Numbered from the stretch's first letter, positions 36,934-49,144 are shown. The stretch: 64,000 nucleotides of DNA from Alphaproteobacteria bacterium (GCA_965216755.1 CBDCGL010000011.1:2560001-2624000), one strand, 5' to 3'. A program made the numbers and translations. The notes: generated by a model not told the origin, from the sequence alone.

Positions 36934-37889
36934 GGTGAGACCGGACTTTCGACGGGTCGCGGTGCCAGCGCGCGGCCACGGCCGCGCCACAACGCCACCA
37001 CCAAGGCCGCGAAGACCAACACGCCGACGCCCTGATGGACGGCGCCGATCGCCACTTGCCAAGTCAACGAATCGCCATGAAACGTGAACGTGACCAAAGC
37101 ACCGAACAATATCTGGATGACGATCACCGCGACCGCCACGTGACTCGCCGCGCGTGCTGCCGGCGATGACGCGGCGCGGGCGCCGAAATAGGCCCACACG
37201 ACCAGCAAAACGGCCAGCACCGCCAAGAGCCGATGGATAACATGGACCCGGACCAGTTCGTCACTGAGGTCGGGCCAAAACGTCTCGTTGCACAACGGCC
37301 ATGAGGCGCACGCCAAAGAGGCCCCCGACTTGGCCATCATCGCGCCGCTTGCGACCGCCGCCGTGGTCGCGAAAATGGCGAGCCACAGACGCCCCTGCCC
37401 GCCGGCCGTGAGATCTTCGCCATGCCGCTGTGCCGCCGCCATCGCCATCATCATGATCAGCGCCAGGAACAACAGGGCGACAGTCAGATGGACGGCAACC
37501 GACCAGGGACTGTTGCTGTCGAGCACGGTGAAGCCACCCAGACCACCCTGGATCAAGAGGACAACCAGCGACGCCGGCGCCAACCACGCCATCGCCGGCA
37601 CCCTGTCGCGCACACGCCACGCCAAAATCACCACGATCACGGTCAGCGGGCCGACCAGCACGGCGGCGTTGAAACGATGCACCCATTCGAACATCACTTG
37701 GCCAAACGTGTAGCCGACGCCATCAAGCGCGGCGAGCTTGGCCGGCGTTGGAAACCAGAGGCCGTAGCAGAGCGGCCAATCGGGGCAGGAAAGACCCGAA
37801 TTGGTCAGCCGCACGGCGGCGCCGAGGACAATTTGCACGAAGGTCAGCACTGCCGTGATCCAAGCCAAACGGCCAAGCCAGGTCATCAC
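36930..37889 (-). CDS. ctaA: Heme A synthase (type 1 CtaA)
   Basis: 'CPDWPLC','EWVHR','AVHL','CASWPLC','HVIHR','AVHQ'. Confidence 0.9.
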   Translation of the reverse strand: MMTWLGRLAWITAVLTFVQIVLGAAVRLTNSGLSCPDWPLCYGLWFPTPAKLAALDGVGYTFGQVMFEWVHRFNAAVLVGPLTVIVVILAWRVRDRVPAMAWLAPASLVVLLIQGGLGGFTVLDSNSPWSVAVHLTVALLFLALIMMMAMAAAQRHGEDLTAGGQGRLWLAIFATTAAVASGAMMAKSGASLACASWPLCNETFWPDLSDELVRVHVIHRLLAVLAVLLVVWAYFGARAASSPAARAASHVAVAVIVIQILFGALVTFTFHGDSLTWQVAIGAVHQGVGVLVFAALVVALWRGRGRALAPRPVESPVSP

Positions 37890-38641
37890 CCGCTCTCCAT
37901 CTCTCGCCGATCTCGAGCGGCGTTGTGCAGCATGAGCATACCGATCAGCGCGGCCGCCGCCGCCAAGGCGAACCAGGTCATGGCATATTGCAGATGATTG
38001 TTGGGAACATCCAATCGCGTGACCCCACCAACCGGCAATCGATTTGGATCCGGATCCGGATACGCGTCCGCTTCAACCACCAGGGGCAGCAAAGCCAGTC
38101 CCAAAGAGTCCGCCATGGCTGCGATGTCGATCCAATACCAAGCACCGTTGGCCGGTTCGTTGCGCGGCACGAAGGGACCGCGGGTCGCTGGCAGGCTATG
38201 TCCGGGCACCCGCACGATGCCCGTCACCATGTTGTCGCGCGCGGGATAGCTCAGCCTTGCGGCATCGCCGTCGGCCGTCGGCACCCAGCCCCGGTTGACC
38301 AGCACATGATGGCCGTCCGCGCTTTCGAACACGGTCAACAGATGGCCGCCGGCGATACCCTTGCGCGTGCGCGGCACGATCAGCAGCGATGTTTGGTCAA
38401 GATATCGGCCCGAAGCTGTGACGCGCCGATAATCCCAGGCCTGGGGATCCGGCGCCGTTAGCAATTGATCGAAGGTTACAGATGCCGCGCCGAGGCGTTC
38501 TTGCATAACCTCGATCAGACCTTGTTTCCACGCCAACCGCTGCAGCTGCCAGCTGCCGAGCCCGACCAACACGATCACCGCCGGCAATAGGACCAAGCCG
38601 ACAAAAACCGCCGGGCGGCGCGCGCGACTACGCGCCACCAC
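37886..38641 (-). CDS. surf1: SURF1/Shy1 cytochrome oxidase assembly protein
   Basis: 'LGSWQLQRLAWK','VLVNRGWVP','NNHLQYAMTWF'. Confidence 0.95.
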   Translation of the reverse strand: MVARSRARRPAVFVGLVLLPAVIVLVGLGSWQLQRLAWKQGLIEVMQERLGAASVTFDQLLTAPDPQAWDYRRVTASGRYLDQTSLLIVPRTRKGIAGGHLLTVFESADGHHVLVNRGWVPTADGDAARLSYPARDNMVTGIVRVPGHSLPATRGPFVPRNEPANGAWYWIDIAAMADSLGLALLPLVVEADAYPDPDPNRLPVGGVTRLDVPNNHLQYAMTWFALAAAAALIGMLMLHNAARDRREMESG

Positions 38642-38999
38642 CCGGTTTGAGAAGATCGTGACGATAGTGCAACGCCACCATAAGTGCCTTCAGCGGCGGC
38701 AACATGGCCAGCGCGCCTGCCAAAATAACCGGTATCCACAACACAACATGCACCCAATAGGGCGGGCTGAACATCACCTCGACCCACAGCGCCAGGCCGA
38801 CAACAACCAGCCCCAAGATCAGGATGATGAACACCGCCGGACCGTCGCCCGAATCCTGGGCACGCAGGTCAAGGCCACAATGTGCGCAGCGTTCGGCGAC
38901 TTTCAGATAACCGTCGAACAAGCGTCCCTCGGCGCAGCGCGGGCATCGCGCCCTGATCCCAACTTTGAACGGTGAAACCGGTGGATACCCGTGCTGCAA
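38628..38999 (-). CDS. DUF983 family membrane protein
   Basis: 'RCPRCAEGRLFDGYLKVAERCAHCG...DSGDGPA'. Confidence 0.9.
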   Translation of the reverse strand: MQHGYPPVSPFKVGIRARCPRCAEGRLFDGYLKVAERCAHCGLDLRAQDSGDGPAVFIILILGLVVVGLALWVEVMFSPPYWVHVVLWIPVILAGALAMLPPLKALMVALHYRHDLLKPGGGA

Positions 39000-39017
39000 C
39001 CGAAACGCCTTTGCCCG

Positions 39018-39878
39018 TTAGTGCGCGCCGGCCGAGGCGGCAGCACCCCAGTTCGTGCCCCACAAATAGATGCAGAAAAACAGGAACAGCCACACGACAT
39101 CGACGAAATGCCAATACCAGGCGGCGGCTTCAAATCCGAAATGGTGATCCGGCTTGAAGTGATCCTTATACGCCCGCCCCAAACAGACAATCAGGAACAA
39201 GGTCCCGATGATCACGTGCGCACCATGAAAACCGGTGGCCATGAAGAAGGTCGACGAATAGATCCCCTCGGTGAAACCGAACGCGGCGTGGCCATATTCA
39301 TAGGCCTGGATGCAGGTAAACAAAGCGCCAAGCACGATCGTCAACCACAGGCCGAGAATCAGATGCTTCTTGTTTCCCTCGCGCAGCGCGTGATGGGCCC
39401 AGGTCACCGTCGCGCCTGAAGTCAACAGAATCACCGTGTTCAACAACGGCAAATGCCAGGGGTCGAATGGCGTGACGCCTTCCGGTGGCCATGTGCCGCC
39501 GGTATGGGCGACGCGCCATTCCTGGATCGCTTCGGCCGAAAACAGGCTGGCGTCAAAAAACGCCCAGAACCAGGCGACAAAGAACATCACCTCCGACGCG
39601 ATGAACAATGCCATGCCAAAGCGCATGCCGATCTGCACAATCGGCGTGTGATGACCTTCGAAGGTCGCTTCGCGAATGACATCGCGCCACCACAGCACCA
39701 TGGTCGCCAGCACAAGCAAGAATCCGACGACGACGGTGAGTCCACCGCCGCCCATATCGTGCATGAACATGACCGCGCCGACCGTCAACACAAGCGCGGC
39801 GAAAGCGCCGAGCACGGGCCACGGACTCGGGTCGACCAGATGATATGGATGGGGATGTTTTGCCGTTGCGTCACTCAT
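39018..39878 (-). CDS. coxC: Cytochrome c oxidase subunit III
   Basis: 'HPYHLVDPSPWP','FIASEVMFF','TGFHGAHV','AAWYWHFVDVVWL'. Confidence 0.97.
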   Translation of the reverse strand: MSDATAKHPHPYHLVDPSPWPVLGAFAALVLTVGAVMFMHDMGGGGLTVVVGFLLVLATMVLWWRDVIREATFEGHHTPIVQIGMRFGMALFIASEVMFFVAWFWAFFDASLFSAEAIQEWRVAHTGGTWPPEGVTPFDPWHLPLLNTVILLTSGATVTWAHHALREGNKKHLILGLWLTIVLGALFTCIQAYEYGHAAFGFTEGIYSSTFFMATGFHGAHVIIGTLFLIVCLGRAYKDHFKPDHHFGFEAAAWYWHFVDVVWLFLFFCIYLWGTNWGAAASAGAH

Positions 39879-39954
39879 ATTTGTCCCCTCCCGCTCGAGA
39901 CATCGTCACTGCCCGGCCAAATACACCGGACTCCATACAACTTCATTTCGGGTC

Positions 39955-40545
39955 TCACTCCACCGCGCCTGCCGCAGTTTTATTGGCCGCGAGATATTTG
40001 TCGCGCACGTCCGCGCCCGCATCGAAAAACATGTAAGACAGGGTGATGGTGGTCACATCGTCCATGTCCGGGTCATCGATGATGGCCGGGTCGACAAAAA
40101 AGCTCACCGGCATGTCCGCCGCCTCCCCCGCGGCAAGAAACTGTTCCTCGAAACAAAAGCAATCAATCTTGGAAAAGTAAACCCCTGCTTTTAGCGGGGT
40201 TACATTGAACGTGGCGGTGCCGACCATCGGCTGGTCGCCAATATTGACCGCAGAATAGGTCGCCAGCGCCGGTTCGCCAACACGAACCGTCATTTCGCGC
40301 TGGTGCGGCTGAAACCGCCACGGCAAACGCGACTGAACATCGGCGTTGAAACGCACATTGATCACGCGGTCACCTACGGCGACCGGCGCGCCGGCGGCAA
40401 CTTGCGGTGTCCCGCCATAGCCCGTCACGCGGCAGAACAGGTCATACAAGGGCACCGCCGCATAGGCCATGCCGACCATGCCAACCACGATGATCCCCAG
40501 CGCCGCGGCGATGCCGACATTGCGCGATATGCCGCCACCGGTCAT
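39955..40545 (-). CDS. ctaG: Cytochrome c oxidase assembly protein CtaG/Cox11
   Basis: 'VPLYDLFCRVTGYGG','KIDCFCF'. Confidence 0.96.
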   Translation of the reverse strand: MTGGGISRNVGIAAALGIIVVGMVGMAYAAVPLYDLFCRVTGYGGTPQVAAGAPVAVGDRVINVRFNADVQSRLPWRFQPHQREMTVRVGEPALATYSAVNIGDQPMVGTATFNVTPLKAGVYFSKIDCFCFEEQFLAAGEAADMPVSFFVDPAIIDDPDMDDVTTITLSYMFFDAGADVRDKYLAANKTAAGAVE

Positions 40546-40658
40546 GCGTTGCCGCTCAGCTTTGCGATGGTGATCAGGAAAAACAGCGCCACCAACGCTG
40601 CCAAGGTCAAACCCAAGGCAATGTTCCGCGAACGTTGCCGTTTATGCTGCTCATGCAT
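40542..40658 (-). CDS. Small single-TM cox-cluster protein (CoxF-like, 38 aa)
   Basis: MHEQHKRQRSRNIALGLTLAALVALFFLITIAKL; usual position between ctaB and ctaG; ATGA overlap with ctaG. Confidence 0.7.
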   Translation of the reverse strand: MHEQHKRQRSRNIALGLTLAALVALFFLITIAKLSGNA

Positions 40659-40669
40659 GGATTGTGACC

Positions 40670-41611
40670 CTATGCTCCGCCGGAGAGCGTCGGTCCGACA
40701 AACCGATCGACCAGCAGCAGGACAAAAATTAAGAACAGATACACAATCGACCAACCAAACAAGCGCCGCGCCACGGCGCCATCGTGGTCACACCAGACCG
40801 CCCAGGCGCAGCGCAACAAGACGACATTCAGTGCTGCGGCGCCGACGCCATATGTCAGCCCGCTCAGGCCAACGACCCACGGCACCATGGCAGCCGCAGC
40901 AACCGCGACACTGTATAGCAAAATCTGCCGTCGGGTCTCGATTTCGCCGGCGACCACGGGCAACATCGGCACGCCGACGTCGGCATATTCACCCTTACGG
41001 TAAAGCGCCAGCGCCCAAAAATGTGGCGGCGTCCACAGAAATATGATCGCGAACAAGATCACCGGCTCAAACGACACGTCGCCGGTGACCGCGGCCCACC
41101 CAATTACTGGCGGCAACGCACCTGCGGCACCGCCAATGACGATGTTTTGCGGCGTCCGCCGCTTTAGCCACATAGTGTAGACGAACACGTAAAAAGCGAT
41201 AGTCGTTGCCAGCAAAAGGGCGGCGATCGGGTTGATGGTCAGCCCCATCATGGCGACCGACGACACCGCGAGCACAATCCCGAACCCAAGCGCGGCATCG
41301 GGCGATACCCGTCCCAGCGGGATCGGCCGTTGTGCCGTGCGCGCCATGCGTTGATCGATATCGCGGTCGTACCACATGTTGATCGCGCCCGACGCGCCGG
41401 CCCCCACGGCGATACACAAGAGCGCCGTGAACGCAAGTGTGGGATGCAATTGCCCCGGTGCCAAAACCATGCCGACGAGGCCGGTAAAAACCACCAGGGA
41501 CATCACGCGGGGCTTGAGAAGGCGGACGAAATCGCGCGGCTCGGCGGGCCACGACCCTGCTTGAACATCGGCTCGGTCGATTGACAGCGCGCCGTGCAAT
41601 TGCGTCCGCAT
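40670..41611 (-). CDS. ctaB: Protoheme IX farnesyltransferase (heme O synthase)
   Basis: '[13 protein letters not shown]','[14 protein letters not shown]','[10 protein letters not shown]'; GGAGG RBS before 41611. Confidence 0.96.
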   Translation of the reverse strand: MRTQLHGALSIDRADVQAGSWPAEPRDFVRLLKPRVMSLVVFTGLVGMVLAPGQLHPTLAFTALLCIAVGAGASGAINMWYDRDIDQRMARTAQRPIPLGRVSPDAALGFGIVLAVSSVAMMGLTINPIAALLLATTIAFYVFVYTMWLKRRTPQNIVIGGAAGALPPVIGWAAVTGDVSFEPVILFAIIFLWTPPHFWALALYRKGEYADVGVPMLPVVAGEIETRRQILLYSVAVAAAAMVPWVVGLSGLTYGVGAAALNVVLLRCAWAVWCDHDGAVARRLFGWSIVYLFLIFVLLLVDRFVGPTLSGGA

Positions 41612-41645
41612 CTCTACCTCCCCACGCCGGCCGTGATTCGCCCAG

Positions 41646-43268
<1,623 letters not shown>

Positions 43269-43277
43269 TCAACCCGG

Positions 43278-44117
43278 TTAGCGTCGCGCAGCGGCGAGCC
43301 GTACGCCTTCGTCGCGCGGCGCGTGCGCTTCACGGGCTGTTTCTAACCACGCATCATAGTCTTGTTGTGATACCGCCTTGACGGCGATGGGCATGAAAGC
43401 ATGTTGGACGCCGCACAGCTCCGAACATTGGCCGAAATACAGTCCCGGTTCGTCGACCAGGAACCACGTTTCGTTGACCCGTCCAGGCACGGCGTCCATT
43501 TTTACGCCGAGCGACGGCACCGCCCAAGAATGCAAGACGTCGTTGGCGGTCACCAAAACCCGAACAACTTTGCCAACCGGCACGACGATGTCGGTGTCGG
43601 TGGCCAACAGATAGGGCCGTTCGGGAGTCGCTGACTCTTCGTCCAGCGGGAAGGAGTCAAAAGTGATCCCGTCGTCGGGATACTCATACGTCCAGTACCA
43701 TTGATAGCCGATGGCCTTGATGGTCATATCGGCTTCCGGCACCACGGCCTGTTGGTAAAGCAGCTTAAAACTGGGGATCGCGATCAAGACCAAAATGATG
43801 ATCGGCACCACAGTCCATGCCACCTCCAGGCCAGTACTGTGCGTGGTGCGGGTCGGTTGCGGATTCGCTTTTTTGTTGAAGCGCAGAATCACATAGACCA
43901 GCAAGCCCAGCACAAACAGCGAGATGAGCGTGATCACGACCAACAGCATGTCGTGAAATTTCATCATCTCGGCCATCACCGGCGAGCCGGCTGCCTGGAA
44001 CCCCAGTTGCCAATCGACCGCCCGCCCGACGGTGTCCTGTGCCAGCGCGCTGCGCGCCAACAGCAGAACTGCGGCGCATACCCCACCGGTATGCGCAAGC
44101 ACCTTCGGTAACGACAT
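43278..44117 (-). CDS. coxB: Cytochrome c oxidase subunit II
   Basis: 'GYQWYWTYEY','DVLHSW', CuA motif 'CSELCGVQHAFM'. Confidence 0.97.
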   Translation of the reverse strand: MSLPKVLAHTGGVCAAVLLLARSALAQDTVGRAVDWQLGFQAAGSPVMAEMMKFHDMLLVVITLISLFVLGLLVYVILRFNKKANPQPTRTTHSTGLEVAWTVVPIIILVLIAIPSFKLLYQQAVVPEADMTIKAIGYQWYWTYEYPDDGITFDSFPLDEESATPERPYLLATDTDIVVPVGKVVRVLVTANDVLHSWAVPSLGVKMDAVPGRVNETWFLVDEPGLYFGQCSELCGVQHAFMPIAVKAVSQQDYDAWLETAREAHAPRDEGVRLAAARR

Positions 44118-44324
44118 AAATCGAGCCTCACTCCAAACTTGAGCTGATTGCCGCAATGTCCCTCGCGCGCCCCCTCGCCCGTCGCGATCGAGTTATTTTT
44201 TGCGACGGCTCCTCGCCGAGCGGGCAAACATGCGGCGGCCGCACCTTACACAGCGCCCTGGACGCAAATCAAGCCCACAGGATTGCCAATTCACAAAATC
44301 GCCAGCGCCGGCGCCGGCCCCGAT

Positions 44325-45647
44325 TCATTCGTGATCGGGGATTTCTGGGTCGACCGCACCGTGGCCCTTCGATGTCGCTTTGCGGACCCGGCGTACGAAC
44401 CACCAGATCAGCAGAGCCACCGGAAATACGCTTGCCCCAGCAATTTGATTCGGAGTTAACGGCAAACCCGTGTCGCTTAGCGCTTTTGCGATGTAGGTCA
44501 TCAGGCCGACCGCGTAATACGTGATCGCGACCACCGACAGCCCTTCGACGGTCTGCTGCAGACGCAGTTGCAGGCGCGAGCGGCGGTTCATCGATGCCAG
44601 CAAGGCACGGTTCTGATCGGCCAAATGTAGGTCGACACGGCTGCGCAACAAAGCACTGGCGCGGGCCAAACGCCGCGACAACGCTTGCTGTCGATCGCGC
44701 AAAGACTCGCAGGTGCGCAGCGCCGGCGCCACCCGACGCTGCAAGACCTCGTCGATCAACTGCGACCCGGAAACACGTCGCTCGCGTAGTTCGCCGACCC
44801 GCTGCTGCACCAGTATGTGATAGGCGCTGGCGGCGCTAAACCGATAGTTGGTGGCAACCGCGACACGCTCGATATCGACGCCGATCGATAGCATCCGGTC
44901 GAGCAGGTTCTGTTGGGCGGCGAGGCCGGTTGCCTCGGGCAAATCGGCGACCGCCTCAGCCAATCGCTGATCGATCGCGGTCACCTCGGGCCCGTGCCGT
45001 CGCGCCAGCGGAAACCCCAGCAACGCCAAGGTGCGATAGGTCTCGATTTCCAACAAGCGCTGGACGAGGCGGCCGCATTGACCGCCGACCAGACCACGAT
45101 CGTGGATCAGTATCCGCGTTGCATCGGCGTCGCGGCGAAAGTCGAGCCAGGCTTGGGCATGTTCATCGGCGACCAAGCTGGTGACCGGACTATGGAACAA
45201 TTTGGCGATTTGTTCGTCACTTGGCGTCCGCGCCGCGCGGGCCAGCAAGACAACATTGGCGGCCGCAATCACCTGACCGGGCAACGCGGCCAACCAATCG
45301 CGGGGAACGTCGTCGATCGCCGGCTGATCGAACTGATCCCCGACGGCGGCGGTCTCCGATGTTTTGGATACGACCGTCCATCCGGTGAATTCCGTGTGCC
45401 GTTCCCAGCGCAAGTCGAAGCGGGGAAACGTGCCGAAATACTGGCGCGCCCCCGATGCTGGCGCGACAACCCCAAATGCCTCGCACAGATGCGCCAGATG
45501 TTGCTGTTCGTGATCGCTGGCGGTCTCTCCGGTCAACATCACGACATGGCTCAGCCGGGCCGGCGCGCTCAGCTCAATCGGCGGCCGCGCATGCACCTCG
45601 TTGGCCAGCGTCTTGCGCAACGGATGGTCCGGCATGGGCAATATCAT
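44325..45647 (-). CDS. DUF3422 family membrane-anchored protein
   Basis: 'NEVHARP','WERHTEF','GRLVQRLLEIETYR','QLRLQQTVEGLSVVAITYY'. Confidence 0.9.
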   Translation of the reverse strand: MILPMPDHPLRKTLANEVHARPPIELSAPARLSHVVMLTGETASDHEQQHLAHLCEAFGVVAPASGARQYFGTFPRFDLRWERHTEFTGWTVVSKTSETAAVGDQFDQPAIDDVPRDWLAALPGQVIAAANVVLLARAARTPSDEQIAKLFHSPVTSLVADEHAQAWLDFRRDADATRILIHDRGLVGGQCGRLVQRLLEIETYRTLALLGFPLARRHGPEVTAIDQRLAEAVADLPEATGLAAQQNLLDRMLSIGVDIERVAVATNYRFSAASAYHILVQQRVGELRERRVSGSQLIDEVLQRRVAPALRTCESLRDRQQALSRRLARASALLRSRVDLHLADQNRALLASMNRRSRLQLRLQQTVEGLSVVAITYYAVGLMTYIAKALSDTGLPLTPNQIAGASVFPVALLIWWFVRRVRKATSKGHGAVDPEIPDHE

Positions 45648-46081
45648 CGATGCGCCTCCAATACGGCCGCCGCGGCCGCGAAATCGACTTGGTCCGCGAT
45701 TGACGCAGCGACTTGTCGGAACAAGACGGTATCGTCGTCACCAACGACAAACAGCGCCGGTGCCAACAGCCCGACACCGAGGATCAACACGCCCAGACCT
45801 TCGGCTTGGCGCATCGACAGGTCTATCGAAGACCAACCGGCGCGAACCGCCCACGCCGCGCCAATGGTCGGGGCGTCCCAACTCGCCGCCATCAAGTGGC
45901 ACCAACCGGCCACGACCGGTGAAGCGGCGAATTGCGCCGGTCGCCGGTGATCCGCGTGCTCAAAACTCAGCGCGGTGAGCAAGACGCGGATTCCCGCGCC
46001 GGGCACTAGCGCGCCGACGGCCGCCACCTGCCCGGCCATGGCCAAAGGGCAGAGCCGATCTCCGATTCTTATGGTTGACAT
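45644..46081 (-). CDS. Degenerate thiol-peroxidase (Tpx)-like thioredoxin-fold protein
   Basis: C-terminus 'LGVLI..VGLLAPALFVVGDDDTVLFRQVAASIADQVDFAAAAAVL' resembles Tpx; no PxxxTxxC motif; ATGA overlap with DUF3422. Confidence 0.55.
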   Translation of the reverse strand: MSTIRIGDRLCPLAMAGQVAAVGALVPGAGIRVLLTALSFEHADHRRPAQFAASPVVAGWCHLMAASWDAPTIGAAWAVRAGWSSIDLSMRQAEGLGVLILGVGLLAPALFVVGDDDTVLFRQVAASIADQVDFAAAAAVLEAHR

Positions 46082-46252
46082 GTTCGTGACATCGAATTCG
46101 CGGCCGACATCCTTGGAGCCAGGCTCACCACGCGCTACATAGGATCAACATAAGGATAGACTGTTCCCGCGAGGATGACGGGCATGCGCGTCGATGATGG
46201 CTTGTCCGAAGCAGCGGTTTGTCCAACACAAAAGTCCTGACTGGAGATCTCG

Positions 46253-47689
46253 ATGGCCGACATTGCACGACTGGATGACTTGTTTTTCAATCGGACCGGC
46301 ATGGATCGGGAACGAGTGCAAGACATGGTGGGCGACGCCCTTCATGGTGCCGATGATGGCGAGCTATACCTGCAATACGGCCAGTCGGAAAGCTTCTCAT
46401 TCGATGATGGCCGCTTGAAGAGCGCGAGCTTCGACACCTCGCAGGGGTTTGGCCTGCGCGCGGTTTCGGCCGAAGCCACCGGTTATGGTCATGCCTCCGA
46501 ATTGAGTGAAGCTGCGATCGGGCGCGCGGTCGACACGGTCAAGGCCGTCCGCAGTGGCGAGACGCCGATGGTCGACGTCGCGCCGACGCCAACCAACCGC
46601 CGCCTTTATGGTGATGAAAGCCCGCTGCAGGCGGTGCCCTTTGCCACCAAGGTCAAATTGCTGGAAGACATCAATGCCTACGCCCGCGCCAAGGATGCGC
46701 GTGTGCGTCAGGTCATGGCCTCTTTGAACGGGTCTTGGCATGCCATCGAGATTCTGCGCGCCGACGGCGCGCGCGTTGGCGACATCCGCCCACTGGTACG
46801 GCTAAATGTTTCCGTGGTCGTCGGCGATGACGATCACATGGAAAGCGGCAGCTACGGATCCGGCGGACGGATCAACTATGACACGCTGCTGGACCCTGCC
46901 ACCTGGCAAGGTCATGTCGACGAAGCGTTCCGCCAAGCACTGGTGATGCTGGAGGCGCGCGCCGCGCCGGCCGGGGAAATGAAAGTGGTGCTGGGTCCGG
47001 GCTGGCCGGGCATCCTGCTGCACGAAGCCATCGGCCACGGGCTGGAAGGCGATTTCAACCGCAAGAAGACAAGTGTGTTTTCGGCCCTGATGGGCGAACA
47101 AGTGGCCGCTCCCGGGGTCACAGTGGTCGATGACGGCACGATGATGGATCGGCGCGGCTCGCTCACTATCGATGACGAAGGCACGCCAACACAAAACACG
47201 ACGTTGATCGAAGACGGCCGACTGGTCGGCTACATGCATGACCGGCTCAACGCGCGGCTGATGAAAACCGGCTCCACGGGCAATGGCCGACGCCAAAGCT
47301 ATGCCCATCAACCGATGCCGCGGATGACCAACACGGTGATGCTGGCGGGTCAGGAACTGCCCGGCGACATTATTAAAGGCGTTGACCGCGGCCTTTACGC
47401 GGTCAATTTCGGCGGCGGCCAAGTTGATATCACCAGTGGCAAATTCGTCTTTTCCGCGTCCGAGGCCTATTTGATCGAAGATGGCAAGACCACCGCGCCC
47501 GTCAAAGGAGCGACGCTGATCGGCACCGGCTTCGAAGTTCTGAAAAAGGTCAAGGCGATCGGCAACGACATGAAGCTGGACCCGGGGATCGGCACCTGCG
47601 GCAAGAATGGCCAAGGGGTACCGGTTGGCGTCGGCCAACCAACCCTGCTGGTCGACGGCCTGACCGTCGGCGGGACCGACGCAGCCTGA
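46253..47689 (+). CDS. tldD: Metalloprotease TldD
   Basis: 'GWPGILLHEAIGHGLEGDFNRK','PRMTNT','GTCGKNGQGVPVGVGQPT'. Confidence 0.97.
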   Translation: MADIARLDDLFFNRTGMDRERVQDMVGDALHGADDGELYLQYGQSESFSFDDGRLKSASFDTSQGFGLRAVSAEATGYGHASELSEAAIGRAVDTVKAVRSGETPMVDVAPTPTNRRLYGDESPLQAVPFATKVKLLEDINAYARAKDARVRQVMASLNGSWHAIEILRADGARVGDIRPLVRLNVSVVVGDDDHMESGSYGSGGRINYDTLLDPATWQGHVDEAFRQALVMLEARAAPAGEMKVVLGPGWPGILLHEAIGHGLEGDFNRKKTSVFSALMGEQVAAPGVTVVDDGTMMDRRGSLTIDDEGTPTQNTTLIEDGRLVGYMHDRLNARLMKTGSTGNGRRQSYAHQPMPRMTNTVMLAGQELPGDIIKGVDRGLYAVNFGGGQVDITSGKFVFSASEAYLIEDGKTTAPVKGATLIGTGFEVLKKVKAIGNDMKLDPGIGTCGKNGQGVPVGVGQPTLLVDGLTVGGTDAA

Positions 47690-47880
47690 TTCCTGACCAA
47701 TCAATCGCATGATAACAAAAGGGGAGACTTGGCACCGATTGCCCACCGGCGCCCGATACGTAACGTGTAATACTTTCATTGCGCTCCGCCGTCGGGACGG
47801 ATAGGCTCAGCCAGCATTCCAGCTTTCGTTTGGGCTGAACGCGTCGTCAGAACGCGCGCCAGCCGAGGGTTAATTGGGTT

Positions 47881-49143
47881 ATGACACACGGTGCCGACCC
47901 CCAGGGCAAAGTGCTGCTGCTGGGTAATTACCGGTCGATGATCGCGGCAACGCGACTGCTCGGCCAAGCCGGCTACCAAGTCATCGTGGGCCGCACGCCG
48001 GAACGCACCGCCCATGCGGAAGCATCGCGATGGGCCGCTGAAACCTGGGATCACCCCTCGCCCCCCGACCAACCGGAAGCCTTTATCGCAGCACTTGAGA
48101 ATTTTCTTGCGCGCAGGCGGGATGTTTCGGTCGTGCTGCCCATGAGCGATATCGAAATCGCGACATTGGCCCAGCATTCACCGCGCCTGCCGGCTGGCGT
48201 CGCCATGGCCATGTTGTCGGCTGAGATCCTCAACATGTGCGAAAACAAAATCGAGCTCATGCGCCTGGCCAGCGCGCATGGTATTCCCCAAGCGCGCTAT
48301 GACTTGGTCAGCAACCGCGCTGATCTAATTGCGGCCGCCGCGCGCATTGGCTTTCCCTGTATTGTCAAAAACGCTGATTCGCAAGCACGCGTATTTGGCA
48401 AGAAAGCCGTGATCTGTTCGAACGCCGCCGACTTGGATCGTGCCTTTGCGACATGGCCCGAGGGTTTCGACGCGCTGATTGTGCAGGGTTATGTCGCCGG
48501 CAGACGCTACAATGTCTCGGTGGTCGCACGCGACGGCGAATGTCTTGCCCTGATGCAAAGCTTGGTGCGCCGCACCGACCGCGCTGACGATACCGGACAA
48601 AACATCGATTCGGTCAGCGTGCCCGTGTCACCGGAATTTCGTCGCCAATGCGAGATCTTGACCGCCGCGATGAACCTGAATGGCATCGCTTTGTTCCAGT
48701 TTATCGAGAATGCTACCGACTGTACGACCCATTTGCTGGAGGTCAATCCACGGATGGGGCAGATGTTCGTGCTCCACGCGTTCTGCGGGCTGAACTTGCC
48801 AGTGTTGGCGGTAAAGATCGCACGTGGCCAACCATTAGAACCAAGCGAACTGCCGGACGCCTATCCGACCGGCAAGAATTGCGCCCATTTGGAATACGAC
48901 CTCAAGGGTCTGAAGCACGATCTCACCGCCGGCGACATTTCGCTTTGGCGTGCCGCACAATGGCTGCTTGCCGCATTTTGGTCGTCACTTCGCGCCCACA
49001 TCCATGTCACCTGGCAGTGGCGCGACCCTTGGCCCAGCTTGATGATTTACGGCGCGCCCTTGTATCGCCGATGGCTGCGTTTGACCGGCCGGAAGCCACG
49101 ATCGGCGACCGCCAGGTCGGCGGCCCGGCCAGCCGACGGCTGA
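47881..49143 (+). CDS. ATP-grasp carboxylate-amine ligase family protein
   Basis: 'NKIELM..A..HGIP','IGFPCIVK','IVQGYVAG','LLEVNPRM', C-terminal 'WRDPWP'. Confidence 0.8.
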   Translation: MTHGADPQGKVLLLGNYRSMIAATRLLGQAGYQVIVGRTPERTAHAEASRWAAETWDHPSPPDQPEAFIAALENFLARRRDVSVVLPMSDIEIATLAQHSPRLPAGVAMAMLSAEILNMCENKIELMRLASAHGIPQARYDLVSNRADLIAAAARIGFPCIVKNADSQARVFGKKAVICSNAADLDRAFATWPEGFDALIVQGYVAGRRYNVSVVARDGECLALMQSLVRRTDRADDTGQNIDSVSVPVSPEFRRQCEILTAAMNLNGIALFQFIENATDCTTHLLEVNPRMGQMFVLHAFCGLNLPVLAVKIARGQPLEPSELPDAYPTGKNCAHLEYDLKGLKHDLTAGDISLWRAAQWLLAAFWSSLRAHIHVTWQWRDPWPSLMIYGAPLYRRWLRLTGRKPRSATARSAARPADG

Positions 49144-49144
49144 C

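Noticed and set aside
46253-49143. TldD plus ATP-grasp as a RiPP (microcin/graspetide) cluster
   Set aside because: TldD is the housekeeping copy at its usual position near coxB; no precursor peptide or transporter is visible.
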